Counted from the first letter of the stretch, positions 31,449 through 43,680 are shown. The stretch: 64,000 bases of DNA from Alphaproteobacteria bacterium (GCA_965205265.1 CBDBGH010000003.1:2272001-2336000); one strand, 5' to 3'. Notes: generated by a model not told the origin, from the letters alone. Numbers and translations: made by a program.

Positions 31449-32950
31449 TCTTCGCTGTCCTCCTCGTGGTGGCTTGCGAGCCCGTCGTATCCGCCGAGGT
31501 CGTGATCGCGGACCGCGATATCGCGCAGTCTTGGATCGCCGGGCAGGTCGATGGGGATGGGTGGTGGCTCGTTGCGCTGTTCGCGCCGCCGGTTCAGGCT
31601 GAAGCGCACCGCATTGGGATGGGGGACGCCGCGCTCAAGGGCTTCATCGATGGCGGCTTCGAGTTCGACGGCTCCGTAGTCGTCGAGCAGGCGCAGCAGG
31701 GAGGCGACGGTTGTGCCGATATTGCCGCCGCGCCTGGCGGTCTCGGCAAGCAGGCGCTCGCTGTCGGGGGCGGCCTGGAGAAGGCGGCTCTGCCCGCGCA
31801 GGCGGTGGGCGTGACGTTTGAGCCTGACCAGCTCCTCGATGTGCTCGGGGGTCTCGATGCGGGCCGCCTTGTCGAAGCTGCGCGGATGACGGGCGACGGT
31901 GTCGGCGCCGTCGAGGATGCGTACCTCCTCCAGTGTCGCGACCACGGTGAGGGTGCGCCGCGTATGGGTATGCGGGACGCTATAGTCATTGAGGTCGAAC
32001 CTGGCGTAGGGGGTCTTGCCGATCCTGACCTCGACCCTCTCGTCGACGGGGGGCCGGTCGTCGGGCAGCGCCATCAGGGAGCCGCGCTCGCGCTCGAAGG
32101 CCTCGCGCACGGTGAGGGAGCGGTCGTCCGGCCAGCGACGGTCGGCGGCGACGCCGTCGCACCAGGCGCGGGCCCGGGCGTTCAGGTCGTCGAGGTCGCG
32201 CCAGGCGCGGGCGGCGAAGAAGTTGTCGCGCACATAGCGTATGGCGCGCTCCACGCGCCCCTTCTCGTTGCCGCGCGCGACCGCGACCGGCTTGGGCAGG
32301 AAGCGGTAGCGGGCGGCGAAGTCGAGGAGCCGGGGGTTGAACCGGATGGCGTCGCCCTGGCGCTCCAGCACGACGCTCTTCAGGTTGTCGTACCATAGCT
32401 CGCGGGGCACGCCCTGCCAGGCCTCGAAGGCCTCGACATGGCCGCGCAGGAAGTTGTCCATCGCGGCATTGAGGTAGAAGTGCAGGAAGATGCGGCGCGA
32501 GTAGCTCAGCACCATCACGAAGCCCATCAGCGGGCGCTCCGCGCGCCCGATCCTCACCTTGCCGAAGTGGGCCCAGTCCACCTGGGCCAGCTCGCCGGGC
32601 AGGGTCTTGAGGCGCAGATAGGCCTCGGCCACAGGCCGCGGGCGCTCCGGCGCGATCATGCGCCGGAAGTGGCTCTGGCTGCCCCGGTAGCCGCGCTCGA
32701 CCGCCATCTGGTAGAGCCGGCTGGCTGGCAGCCTGGGCCAGACCGCCAGGGTCTGGCGGATGAAGGGCCGGAACGGATCGATCATCGAAGCCCTGCGCCG
32801 CCTCTCACGCGCGGGCGCCCCGGCGGCCGCTACCGCGCGCTCGACCGTGCCGTGGTGGACGCCGAGCTGGCGCGCGATCGTGCCGATCCTCCACTTCTCG
32901 GCAAAATACAGCCGCTGGATCTCGGCACGGGTCTGCTTGTCGATCGCCAT
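31445..32950 (-). CDS. istA: IS21 transposase
   Basis: PGELAQVDW, YDNLK, KGRVER; start MAIDK at 32950. Confidence 0.95.
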   Translation of the reverse strand: MAIDKQTRAEIQRLYFAEKWRIGTIARQLGVHHGTVERAVAAAGAPARERRRRASMIDPFRPFIRQTLAVWPRLPASRLYQMAVERGYRGSQSHFRRMIAPERPRPVAEAYLRLKTLPGELAQVDWAHFGKVRIGRAERPLMGFVMVLSYSRRIFLHFYLNAAMDNFLRGHVEAFEAWQGVPRELWYDNLKSVVLERQGDAIRFNPRLLDFAARYRFLPKPVAVARGNEKGRVERAIRYVRDNFFAARAWRDLDDLNARARAWCDGVAADRRWPDDRSLTVREAFERERGSLMALPDDRPPVDERVEVRIGKTPYARFDLNDYSVPHTHTRRTLTVVATLEEVRILDGADTVARHPRSFDKAARIETPEHIEELVRLKRHAHRLRGQSRLLQAAPDSERLLAETARRGGNIGTTVASLLRLLDDYGAVELEAAIDEALERGVPHPNAVRFSLNRRREQRNEPPPIPIDLPGDPRLRDIAVRDHDLGGYDGLASHHEEDSEE

Positions 32951-32951
32951 C

Positions 32952-33386
32952 TCACTCCCTTCGCGCCTGGCGCAGGCCCGGATAGACCGCCAGGCCGCAG
33001 AACCGACCGCAGCGCTCGCAGCGGAACACCCGGGCGGGACGGTCGGGCCCGAAGGGCCGGGTTCCGGACCGCCCCGCCGGTATGCGCGCCACATCAGGAC
33101 GCCGGCGCGCGACGGTCAAAGGGTGATGCGTCACTTTCTGCGCGATGGCCCGAACTGCCGGCTGCCGCACACGGCGCCGTTCGCGGTAGCGCCGCTGGCG
33201 CTCGGCATGCTTGTGACGGCCCCGGCGGCTGTTCTGGTAGCGCTGCCCCGCAAGGCGCACCGACCGACGCCGCGCCCGCCCGCTGCAACGCGGCGAACAG
33301 TAGATATGGCCAGAGTCGCAGCGCCGGCAGAGAACCACCTGGCGGCGGCACAGGGCGCAGGTGAACAGGCGGGCGGCGTTCCTCAT
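32952..33386 (-). CDS. Small Cys-rich protein upstream of istA
   Basis: CALC..CRRC..YCS..C putative Zn finger, basic tail; stop 1 nt before istA start. Confidence 0.6.
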   Translation of the reverse strand: MRNAARLFTCALCRRQVVLCRRCDSGHIYCSPRCSGRARRRSVRLAGQRYQNSRRGRHKHAERQRRYRERRRVRQPAVRAIAQKVTHHPLTVARRRPDVARIPAGRSGTRPFGPDRPARVFRCERCGRFCGLAVYPGLRQARRE

Positions 33387-34610
33387 CGCGACCGATGAGA
33401 ACGGGGTGGACCCACGCCCGGACGCGCACGATACTGCGCTTCCGGGCCGCGCCTTGCATGGCTCGGGGGGTGCGGCGCCGGTCGTTGCCACCAAGCCAAC
33501 GGGGCCGGCGCCGCATCGTTCTCAGAAGCCCCAGTCTACCCCCTGCCGCAGCCCGGGAACGGCCAACCCGGTCGCCAGGACGTCGCCGCCCTCCGGGAGG
33601 CGAAAATCTCAACGCGACGGGGGCCGAGGACTCCGGTCGGGCTACGCCCTCCTTCCGTCCTCGGCCCCCGTCATAAACCCGGCCGCGCCTGTCTCACGCT
33701 GTTTGTCGTGCGCACCACAAAAGCGCGCTACGCCAGCAAATATGCGCCCTTTATGATAATCACCGACAATCACATGGACGAACTTGTTCGTGAGAATGAC
33801 CTAGGCCTGTCCGAGCGCCTAGCCGTTGGCATGAAGCGTATGCTCTTTGCCGCCCGAGAAAGGGACGTCGCGACCGTAAAGAATACAATGGCGGAATTGA
33901 GCCGGGTTCTCCCGCAGACGCCGCAACACCTTCGTGTAGCGAAGTACAACTATGCCCACGCACTGTTTGAACTGGGAATAATGGACGAGTGCACTTCTAG
34001 CACCCTTGACCTGATCGCTGAATATTACGACCTACTTGGCCTCAGGTTGGCCGATGTGATGGGCAACAATCCTGATCAGATATTTCCGCTGCTAAACGGC
34101 GATGACGATCAGACAACCAATCTCAAGCACCTGGCCGACGCCCTCGACCTTCAATCAAAGGCCGTCAGGGCATCCGGAAACAATCCTGGTTTGGCTCCTA
34201 TCCACGCGATGAAGTTCTATTCGATGGCTCAAGCGCTCGATTCCTTCGTCAGAGTCGGACAAGAGCTCGTCGACGATTTCGTAGCCCGAAACGACTACAT
34301 CGGCGCTCGTGATGTCATCGAGCGCAATTTGATGCCGACAATTGTGAGGTTGAAGTTTGCCGGACGCGTCATTCCGGTCCGCAGCCAGTACGCCGTCATC
34401 CTCGCCTATTGTGGAGCTTTCGACGAGGCCGACGCTGAAATGGCACGATTGGCGCCCTATCAGCAAGGATTGGACGCGCGGGGCCAGTTGGAGCTGCAGA
34501 ACCAGCGAGCCTTGATAGAACATCTGAGGGCGAATCCGCCGCCGCCACAGAGGGAGATGCCTCCTCAACTTGGAGGCCCAAGAAAGTAGCGGGCGCGCCG
34601 TCTACATTCG

Positions 34611-35069
34611 CTAGGAAGCGATCCATCGACGCAAAAAGTAATCGGTCTCTTTTCGGCTTTTGCAATGGTAGGTCTTACGTATCATTTTTCGCAGCGTTTC
34701 GCCTCGTGGCCCATGTCGTTCTTCGCCCTGCAAGAGGTCAACGCTGGCCAACTCCTCGGCCGAGAAGCCGCCCATCGGCATAGGGTTGATGGTCCAGATC
34801 TCTCCCAAACTTGCGACAGCGCCGTTTGAAAACTCGATACGCTCGAGCACGCTAGGTAGATGGCTTTCGAGCCCGTAGTACCGGGCAGCGCCAACCTTCG
34901 TGCTCACTTTGACGTCTATGAACGGCTTTCGCCTGTAGAAGGTAACGTCTGTCGGCTGCCCAGATGTCGAAAGCATCGTCAGCGTGTGCATCAGCATCCC
35001 TTCACGAGAGCCGAAATGCTGCTTGAGCCGCTTGACCGCCTCTTGTGGGGTAATGTCCTGCGTCATCAT
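34611..35069 (-). CDS. Hypothetical protein (152 aa)
   Basis: Globular-looking ORF of lower GC, convergent with the nuclease-NTPase gene. Confidence 0.65.
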   Translation of the reverse strand: MMTQDITPQEAVKRLKQHFGSREGMLMHTLTMLSTSGQPTDVTFYRRKPFIDVKVSTKVGAARYYGLESHLPSVLERIEFSNGAVASLGEIWTINPMPMGGFSAEELASVDLLQGEERHGPRGETLRKMIRKTYHCKSRKETDYFLRRWIAS

Positions 35070-35210
35070 ATTTCTCGGTTCAGCCTAAAACGTATCCTCG
35101 TCACATAACTGCAAAGTCGAAGTGCGCGTCGAGATGGCGATCAAACGTACGGGCTACAGAGTCCGATCCACTTGATGGGGAATCCGGTCTGACTTGACGG
35201 GTGATCCAGC

Positions 35211-35262
35211 TGTCAATGGCAGCCGAAAATTGCGCATTTTTTGCAATCGGAAATTTCTCACT
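35211..35262. mobile_element. Orphan IS21-like terminal repeat
   Basis: TGTCAATGGCAGCC followed by GAAAATTGCGCATT / GAAATTTCTCACTT repeated boxes. Confidence 0.45.
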
Positions 35263-35316
35263 TCGACCATTGACCCCTTCGCCGATCCGTCGACGTTACC
35301 GCACTTCGCGCACTTT

Positions 35317-38300
35317 TCAGTTGATGCGACGCGAAATCCTGTTGCGCAAGTTGGGCGGCGAGGGCGCCGTGAGATAACGCCGCCCACTGGAGGTGAGGCT
35401 CCTGCCGCCGGGACCGACCTGGATCAGATCGAGACGGGTCAAGTATTCCGATAGGATCACGAAGTCCGCCCGGTTGGAGATTCCGAGCGCCCGGCGGATT
35501 TCCTCTTCCGCCGAAGCGCCGCGGGTTCTCAGCAGCTTGAGATATTCGATATGCCCAGTGGACAGGCCGTTCTGATCGACGCCTAGTGTCCTGATTCTGA
35601 AGTTTTGATGATTTTCATCTGGCGTTCGGCAGTTTCCAGCGTCCGCAGACAGAAGCGCTTGATGGTGGCAAGGATGTCGTCGGCGGATTTGGTCCAGCGG
35701 AAGGGTCGCGGGTCGGCGTTGACGGTGTCGATGTAGTTCCGGATGGCCTGCTCGAGTTCCTGGGGCGAGCGATGAACCCCGCGCCTGAGCTGTTTCTCGG
35801 TCAAGAGTGCGAAGAAGCGCTCGACCTGGTTGAGCCAGGAGGCGCCGGTGGGCGTGAAGTGGACATGCCAGCGGGGATGCCGGGCCAGCCAACGCCGGAC
35901 GGCGGGCGTCTTGTGGGTTGCGTAGTTGTCCATCACCAGATGGACGTCGAGTTCGCCGGGGACCTGGGCTTCGAGCGTGCGCAGGAACTTGAGGAACTCC
36001 CGGCTGCGGTGGCGCGGCAAGCACTGGCCGATGACCCGGCCGGTGGCGATGTCCAGCGCCGCGAACAGCGTGGTGGTGCCATGGCGCGTGTAGTCATGAG
36101 TACGCCGCTCGACCTGACCCGGCCGCATGGGAAGCAGCGGGCGGGAGCGGTCCAGAGCTTGGATCTGGCTCTTCTCATCGACGCAGAGCACCAGCGCGCG
36201 CTCGGGCGGGTCGAGATAGAGGCCGACAATGTCCCGCACCTTCTCCACAAACAGTGGGTCCGACGACAGCTTGAACGTCTCCGAGCGATGCGGCTGCAGG
36301 CCGAAAGCCTGCCAGATGCGATGGATCGTCGAGGGCGCATAGCCTGCAGCGCGCGCCATCGAGCGCAGGCTCCAATGCGTGCCGTCGGGGGGTGTTTCTT
36401 CCAGGGTGCGGGCAATGACCTCCGCAACCTCCTCGTCACCGATCTTGCGCGGAGCGCCCGGGCGCGGCTCGTCATAGAGCCCGTCAAGCCCGCGCTCGGC
36501 AAAACGCCGCCGCCATTTGCCGACCGTATTCGCATCCGCTCCCAAGCGCGCAACTATCGCCTTGTTCTCCAGACCCTCAGCAGCAGCCAGGACAATCCGA
36601 GCCCGACGCGCCAGTCCCTGCGCCGTCTTCCGACGCCGCGCCAAACCCTCCAACTCTCGTCGTTCTGCTGCCGACAAAGTAATCGCGACCGCTGCTCTCC
36701 CCACCGGTCAGCCCTCCATCAAAACCGATAATCTTATTCTAATAAACTTCTCGATCAGGATACTAGCGTGTCTTCGAACCACCGCGCGACCGCGGTCACG
36801 TCCATCAGGTTCGCCACTTCCTCCCGCGTCGGAACCCGTCCCAGCGTCTCCTCGGCCCTGCCGTAGAAGCTTGCCACCAGCGGTTCGAGAATGTTGACGC
36901 TCGGTCGCGGGCTGCACTGCATGCGCGCGGCGATTTCCAGGCAGGTCTCGCGGCTCAGCCCTGATCGTCCAAGCTTGTCGACAGACCGGAGCCATACGAT
37001 CCCGGCCATCTCGTCCAGCGTGTACGACCGCAGAACCGTCTTGTCCGGGCGGCTCTGAAACGCCTCCGAAAGCTTGCCCGGGTCCGTCGTCGCGAGAAGG
37101 AACACGACGCCCTCGAAACTGTAGACGACGTTGCCGATCGTCGTGCTGCGCCGCTCGTCCAGGGCGCTGAGCAACACCGTGGCGACCTGGCTTGCGACCG
37201 CGTGCACCTCGTCGATGAAGATCAGGCAGGGATCGACGTCCACGTCGCCAGCCGGATCGGCCGGCAGCTTTCCCGCCTCCACGAGACGCTCGACGATCAT
37301 TTCCGGTCGGCGGAGGTCGGCACCGTTGAATATGATCGGTTCCAGTTGAAGCAGCCGCTCGGCGATCCTGCGGGCAAGCGTAGTCTTTCCGACACCGGCG
37401 GGCCCGACGAACAACTTGTCGAGGAACCTTTCGCCCCAGCCCTTGGCCTTCCGCGCTTGATTATCCAACTCTTGGGCGATTTCGTACTGGCCGACCATGC
37501 CAAGCGCATTCACCTGGGGCGGCCAGGTCGCCTCCCCTCCTGTGCTTCCCACGCCATCGGTTTCCATCACCTGGCCGACCGGTCTCCAATCGGCCGGCGC
37601 GCCGGTTCTGTTCGTATCGCCGCTATCAACCGCTGCGCCGGCTCTCGACGAAAACGCTTCACCTCCGCTCGACTCACTTGCCGCTCTCGTGCCCCTCCCA
37701 TCTGTCGGCGATTCCGGTCCCGCTCCAGCCGCACGGTCGCCCGGGGCCGCGTCCTCGCCTGCAGGCGATGCCTGGCCTTCGCCGGGCGACCCGTCCGGAT
37801 TCTCTTCGCTTCCGTCGGAATCGGCGCTCCCCGGCGGCGCCTCGCTCATGAAATCATTTCCGAATAACTCCTCGGCCGCCGTTTCGGTGATGGTCCGGAC
37901 TGACATCCGGATCCGCCTACCTCGCATCGGCGTCACCTGGGACGGTTCCGTCGACCTCAGCTTTACGAGGACGACTTCGCCATCGACCCGCACGACTGGC
38001 GGTTCGGCGGCGCCGCCGAACAGGTCCTTGAGCAGCGGCCCCCAGATCTTACGTTGCTCGACATCGTCCTTCTCGGCGCCCCAGCGATTGGATGCCGCCC
38101 TGACCAGGACTTCCTTCAGCATCTCCGACCGCGGTGCCGCGAACGGCCCGGTTCCGCTGACCGCGTTCGAGAGCACGTCGGCCGTTCGCTCAATCTGATC
38201 GGCCCCGTGATCAACCACTGCGCTCTCGTCCGCCAACTCCGCTTCGCCGGTGGTCTTGACTTCGATACAGGTGATCCGGAACGAGCCGTCCGCCTCTCGA

Positions 38301-41275
38301 CGCACCGCGATCAGGTCGCAGCGCTTGCCGCTGCCTGCCGGCCCCAGCTTCAGCCAGAGCCGCGCGATCGGCCCATCCACCGATGCGACCAGTGCATCCG
38401 GATCTTCGCTTCGCACATACCGAGCGGCGAGCAGCATGCCCACGAATCCGAGCACGGACGCCTTGTCGGGCTGTCCGGACTGCTTTTTGATCATCTCCAG
38501 CAGTCCGGCACCGACGAGGTTAACGCCCTGCCGCAGAACGTCGCGAAGGCCCTCGTTCGTGATCGTGAGGTTGCAGTTGCTGAACGCGGCGTACATCAAC
38601 GTCGACAGCCGGCCGTAGTCCGCTGCGCTCAGCAGCACCTGGCGATGCCCGTCCTTTCGTTGCAGAAGCCGAATCGACTGCATGCCGCTTTCCGGCGGCA
38701 ATGCACGGTCCGCCAGCAGTACCCAGTGCGCCGCCGGCCGCTCACCAAACAGTAGCCCGTCGATCGTTGAGCGCAGACGATCGGCGTCCGCGGACGCGAC
38801 CATCGTGCTGTCCCGTTGCTCTTGCTCGAACTCGTGAATCATGAGCACAAAGTCCGAGAAGGGCGGCTCGCCCGGATGTGGGCTCAGGCTGATGTCGCCC
38901 AGCATGCTGTCCACGACGATCTCGTTGCGGACGCAGAACGGACTCATCGGAAGCAGCCGTTCGACCCGCCGGCGCCGAACCGAGATCGAGGATTCGTCGA
39001 AGATCGCCACCAAGTGCTGAGGACGCTTGCTCAGCACCTGCTGCACCAGCCGTTCCAAGTCCTCATGCGTGTCGGACTCGACACGGAGATCGAGCCGCCC
39101 CGCGGAAACCTTCTCGTAGACTAGGTCCTGCGCGCGCCCTTCCAGCGTGGACGCAGCCATCAGCCGGTCCCGATGTCCGGTCGTGGCTACCACGGTCACA
39201 TCAAGCGCAGGGAGACGCCTCCGATTGTTCCCCCGCTCGTTCAGCAACTTCGTCAGGCGTTCCATCAGCCTCGCTGGTTCCGGCGGGTTGACCAGCGTCA
39301 GGCGAAGCGGCCGCGGATGGTTGGGATAGAGCATCACGAAGTGATCGAGCGCGAGCACCAGCGTCTCCATCCCGTCGGCGCTGCTCACCGCATTGTGCAG
39401 GTTCTCGAACGTGACCAGACCGCCGATGGTGCTGGCGACCGGCAGGAGCTGGTTGAGCCCTCGACCCTTCGGCGTCGCGCCGGTTCTGATCACGCCGAGG
39501 AAATGCTGCGGCCGGTTCAGCTCCTCGATGACGACCTTCCTGTCGCTTTCGGACATCGGGCCGGCCTGCGAGAGATCGCGGAGAATTTCACCAAGACGCT
39601 GATACCGCCATAAATGTAGGGGGTGCAGCGGCAGCATCACCGCCTTGGCGCTGACTTCCCCATCCGGTCCCGAGATACGGACTTGCACCAAGTCAAGCGC
39701 CAGGATCGCGTCCAGCGTCGCCTGGGCCCACTCGCGCGACTCGTCCCAGACGGCTCGATAGTGCTTTTGAACCGCCTTGTAGAGTTCGGTCGTTACCTCA
39801 AGGTAGCGCTTGCAGCTGGCCCGTGTTTCCGAATGGGTGTCGAGCCATTCGCGAGGGTGGACGAAAAGGGGCCGCACGTCCTTCACGAGCTGCTCGCGCG
39901 CAGCAATGAAATCGCGCCACATCGCAACGATCGGGCGCGGACAGGCTTCCGCAACTGCATCCACTCTGTCCCATCCCGCAAGCAGGGCCTCGATGGAGTA
40001 TGGGACCCCGTTGTGTCTCCAGACCGCCTCCGGTTCTAGGAATACCGGATTGAACTCGGTATGGCGCGCCAGCGCCTGCCGCAGGTCGCCGACATCGGTC
40101 TCGATGACCCCGCCAAAGCGGTCCGCATCGCAAAACTCGGTAACCCACTCGATGACCTTGGGGTCCACCCGTTCGTCGAGCTTGGCCACGCCCCTGCTGG
40201 TATCCTGATTGGCCGCTAGCCGGTCGCCGTTCTGTCCGAACTCCTCCCATGCTTCCTCAAGCGCCTCGCCAATAGCCGCAAGGTCTTCGTCGCGCCCCTC
40301 CAGCAGCGCGTCCACGGCCATGTCACGCAGACCGGGATCGTCTTCCTCCTCCTCCGAATCGTCGTCATCGCCCGGTTCGTCGAAATCGTCCGGTTCGTCG
40401 GCCTGCCCGCCCCGCGTCGGTCCCGGGTCCGACGGCAAGGTGACGAGACGCTCCGCATCCGCCAGCGTCAAGCCCGCATCCGCCTCGCCCCGCCGATAGG
40501 CTCCCAGACGGTCGAGGGCCCCGGTCACCAGTTCCGCCGTCTTCGCGTCCTTGTAACCGGTCGCTCGCACACGCAGCTTCCTGATATCCCCCGGCGACAT
40601 GATGGTCACGCGTTCCCCGACCCGCAGATTCTCTTCGAGCCGCTTCGCCAGATCCTTCGCCTCGAACAGTTTCGGATCGCGGAGCAGTCCCAGAGCGGGG
40701 AGCATGTCGCGCGGCGCTCCGATTGCGCCGTCGGGCGCTGTGTTCCAGTCGGCAAGAAACGCGGCCACGCCTTCCAGGGACCGAACCGCCGACAGCCCCC
40801 GTGCACGGCGCAAGGTCTCCAACAGGAGCCGGTGTGTTGGCGTCGTCGTGAACTCCGAGGCCTTCTCCGCCCATTCGAGCAGAATACCCGCGAGCTCGCT
40901 CGACGACGCGCGCGAGAAGAAGCGCAGGCCATGCACGCTCGGATTGTAGCCGCGCGCCAGCGCGATGATCCTCGGGTGCCCGTCACGATCGTTGCGCCAC
41001 TCGGTTGCGACGTGCAGATCGATCGTCACGCCGGCCAGGCCCCCGAGACCGTTCGCATCCGCCGTCGCCCGTACATCCTCTTCCGTCCCCTCGAACCCGA
41101 CCAGCGCCAGGGAGAAACTTCCGGCTGGCAAGCCTCCCTCCGACAGGGCCCGCAGCAGGCGCGGAATGTCAAACGCCGGAAGTCCCTCCCGCGCAAAATC
41201 GTTTTCGCGCTCCAGTCGCGACAGTATCCAGGCGGCCAATGCCTCGCTGACCAGAGACTCGGGTGTCCTCCGCAT
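35317..41275 (-). pseudogene. 1592-aa protein: large N-terminal region + PD-(D/E)xK motif + C-terminal RuvB-like AAA+ domain; split by IS630
   Basis: CDLIAV..CIEVK; [51 protein letters not shown]; 41275-36764 + 35583-35317 rejoin in frame (EDTL-GVDQ). Confidence 0.85.
35586..36763 (-). mobile_element. IS630-family element (transposase 35583-36704)
   Basis: TIRs GTGTCCTGATTCTGAAGTTT / GTATCCTGATCGAGAAGTTT; TA duplication in CTAG context; VDEK, MDNY, WLNQVE. Confidence 0.95.
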
Positions 41276-41276
41276 C

Positions 41277-43680
41277 TCAGATCAACTCTTCCGCATCGAT
41301 GGCCACCAACGTCAGGCCGTCGGACGGCTCCACCGCCAGACCCAGCCTCACCAGCAGCGCCTGAAACTCGTCGGCATTTGGGCGCAAGTCTCCATCGTGA
41401 TCGAGAGGCCCGAAGCGGTTCGAACGCAGGACTTCGCCGTCCGAAGCCTCGGCGCCCACCAGGATCGACCAAACGTTTCTCAACTGCTCGGCGAACTCGG
41501 GCAGCCTCAGCACCTCCCCTTCGTCGAGCAGACTGAAGGCGAGGACCCGAAGCGTGTCAGCCTGCAACTCAATATGCTTGTGCTTGGCCACCGCCGAGCG
41601 CGGCTGGACGATGCCGATGCGTACGCCGAGATCGCGGAAGTGCTCATCCAGAACCTGCCGCGCTTCTGCGGAACCGGCGAACACGTTCCAGTCCTCCTCG
41701 CGGACTCCCGACCCGCCATTCGCTGCAAATGCGCGGTCATAGCTCGAGGAAAAGTGATCCAGCGCCCGGGCATAGGTTGCGCGGCTCTGGGACCGAATTC
41801 TCGGATTGCGGCCCTGCAGCGCGTCGACGAGCAGCAGCGGCGACTCGCTACCCTGGCGCATCATGTAAGCGAACAGCCAGCAACAGAGGCCGAGCACCAT
41901 GTACCGCATCGAGTAGTTGGATCGCAGTCTCACCAGATTTGCCGCCAACCGGCTCACCGCGCTCGTGCAGTCTTGCATCCTCGACGCGATCCGGGTCATC
42001 CGGTCTGGATCGATCGGCCCGTAGAGTTCCTCGTGCGGATCCGACCACTCTTCGTGCTCGTCGTCGAGCAGCGGCTCCCCCAAGACGGCCAGCGGCGGTG
42101 GCGGATGCTCCAGCAGCCGCCGGATTCTGCTGAGCGCTTCCCTTCCCTCGGTCGTCGTCTCGAAGACCGAGACGACGAAGCTTCCCGAGTGGCCGTGGTT
42201 CTTCGACCGATTCGAGATGTAGCGGGGCGAGGGGGCGCTGTAGTCGGTACCGAATGTCGAGTACGGCCGAAAGTCCGCGCCAAGCGCCGAGCCGTCATTG
42301 TTATAGGCGGCGTTCAGATGGGCGCGTAGCGAGCGGAACGCCTCCAGATCGACCGCCGGATCCAGTTTCCCGAGGTCGATCAGGCGCGCGCGAAGCCGGT
42401 CGGACGGATACTCGTCTTGACTGTTCCTCGGTGCCGTCTTCGGAACCGACGCCTTGTTCAGGTATTCCAACCGATAGTATCGACCTGTCAATGCTAGAGC
42501 GAATTCGCGGGCGATTGAATCGTTGAGGGATTCCCAATTGGCGGATTATGTGATTCACGATGGGGGCTGGTGAAGGAGGCCAGCTCGCATGGCGCAGTCT
42601 CTTTCTGTTGATCTTCGTCGGCGCGTGGTTGCAGCGGTTGAGTCCGGGATGTCGCGTCGGCAGGCTGCGGCGCGTTTTGGCGTCGGGGTGTCGTCTGCGA
42701 TCCGCTGGGTGAGCCAATCGCGCCTGACAGGCGACCTCTCGCCGAAGCCACGCGGCGGTAGCCGTCCAGGGCGCATTGAGGGTCACGGCGATCTGATCAT
42801 GGGGTGGGTTGAGGTGGAGCCCGACCTGACCCTCCAGGAGATCGCGGCCAGGCTTGAGGAGGCGGTCGGCTACCGGCCGCCGCCCAGCGTGGTGCATGGG
42901 TTCTTCAAGCGTCGCGGCATCACGCGCAAAAAAAGACGGCCCATGCTGCCGAGCAGGACCGACCGGACGTCGCACGCCGGCGTCAGGCCTGGTTCGAAGA
43001 CCAGCCCGGGCTCGACCCCGAGCGCCTGATCTTCATCGACGAAAGCGGGACCTCGACCAAGATGGCCCGCATGTATGGCCGGGCTCCCAGGGGCGAGCGT
43101 TGCCGCGCTCCCGTCCCCCATGGTCACTGGAAGACCACCACTTTGGTCGCCGGCCTCACGCTCGACGGCATCCTCGCCCCCATGACCATCGATGGGGCGA
43201 TGACCGGGGCAGCCTTCCTTGCCTATGTCGAACAGGTCCTGGCCCCGACCCTGAGGCCAGGCGACACCGTCATCCTCGACAATCTGCCGGCCCACAAGCC
43301 CATCGCCATCCGAGAAGCTATCGAGGCCACAGGCGCCGGCATCCTGTTCCTGCCGCCCTACAGCCCCGACTTCAACCCCATCGAGATGGCCTTCTCCAAA
43401 ATCAAGGCTCTCCTGAAAAAGGCCGCAGCACGCTCCGTCCATACGCTCTGGGATGCGATCCGCGACGCCATCGATGCTGTCACTCCACAGGACGCCCGAA
43501 GCTTCTTCACTGCATGCGGATATGAACCCAAATGAAACGAATCTGCTCTAGGAGAAAACTCGTCGCAAAGTGAACGGGCTTCATGCGGTAGGGCTGGTAG
43601 CCGAGGATCGCGCCGTGCACACGGCGTTCTGCTGCCGTATCCGCCTCCTGCTCCGCCCGGGTCCGCCGTGCCCTAGCCAT
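41277..43680 (-). pseudogene. 449-aa hypothetical protein (DptG-sized), split by IS630
   Basis: MARARR..FATSFLL (43680-43549) joins ALTGRYYRLEY (42494-41277) in frame; C-terminal LGLAVEPSDG. Confidence 0.8.
42497..43548 (+). mobile_element. IS630-family element, two ORFs (42589-43029, 43062-43535) with A7G slippery site
   Basis: TA-flanked ends (TA)GAGC..GCTC(TA); AAAAAAAG at 42928-35; [12 protein letters not shown]. Confidence 0.93.

Larger units (their letters stand above)
29683..33768 (-). mobile_element. IS21-family element with two accessory genes
   Basis: TG...CA ends sharing AAGGGCG..TATTTGCTGGCG; 7-bp TSD ATCACAT (29676-82 / 33769-75). Confidence 0.93.
27767..34589 (+). pseudogene. 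PD-(D/E)xK nuclease + P-loop (STAND-like) NTPase + helical/TPR protein, split by IS21 (909 aa when rejoined)
   Basis: RGFLYQ..EDIE..QIK, GFSGAGKT, VVLDNAH, GGLPL; 27767-29682 + 33776-34589 = 2730 nt, in frame across KLDHM-DELVRE. Confidence 0.82.

Noticed and set aside
36755-37530. Housekeeping ruvB gene
   Set aside because: The domain is fused to ~1250 upstream residues, is divergent, and has no ruvA/ruvC neighbours
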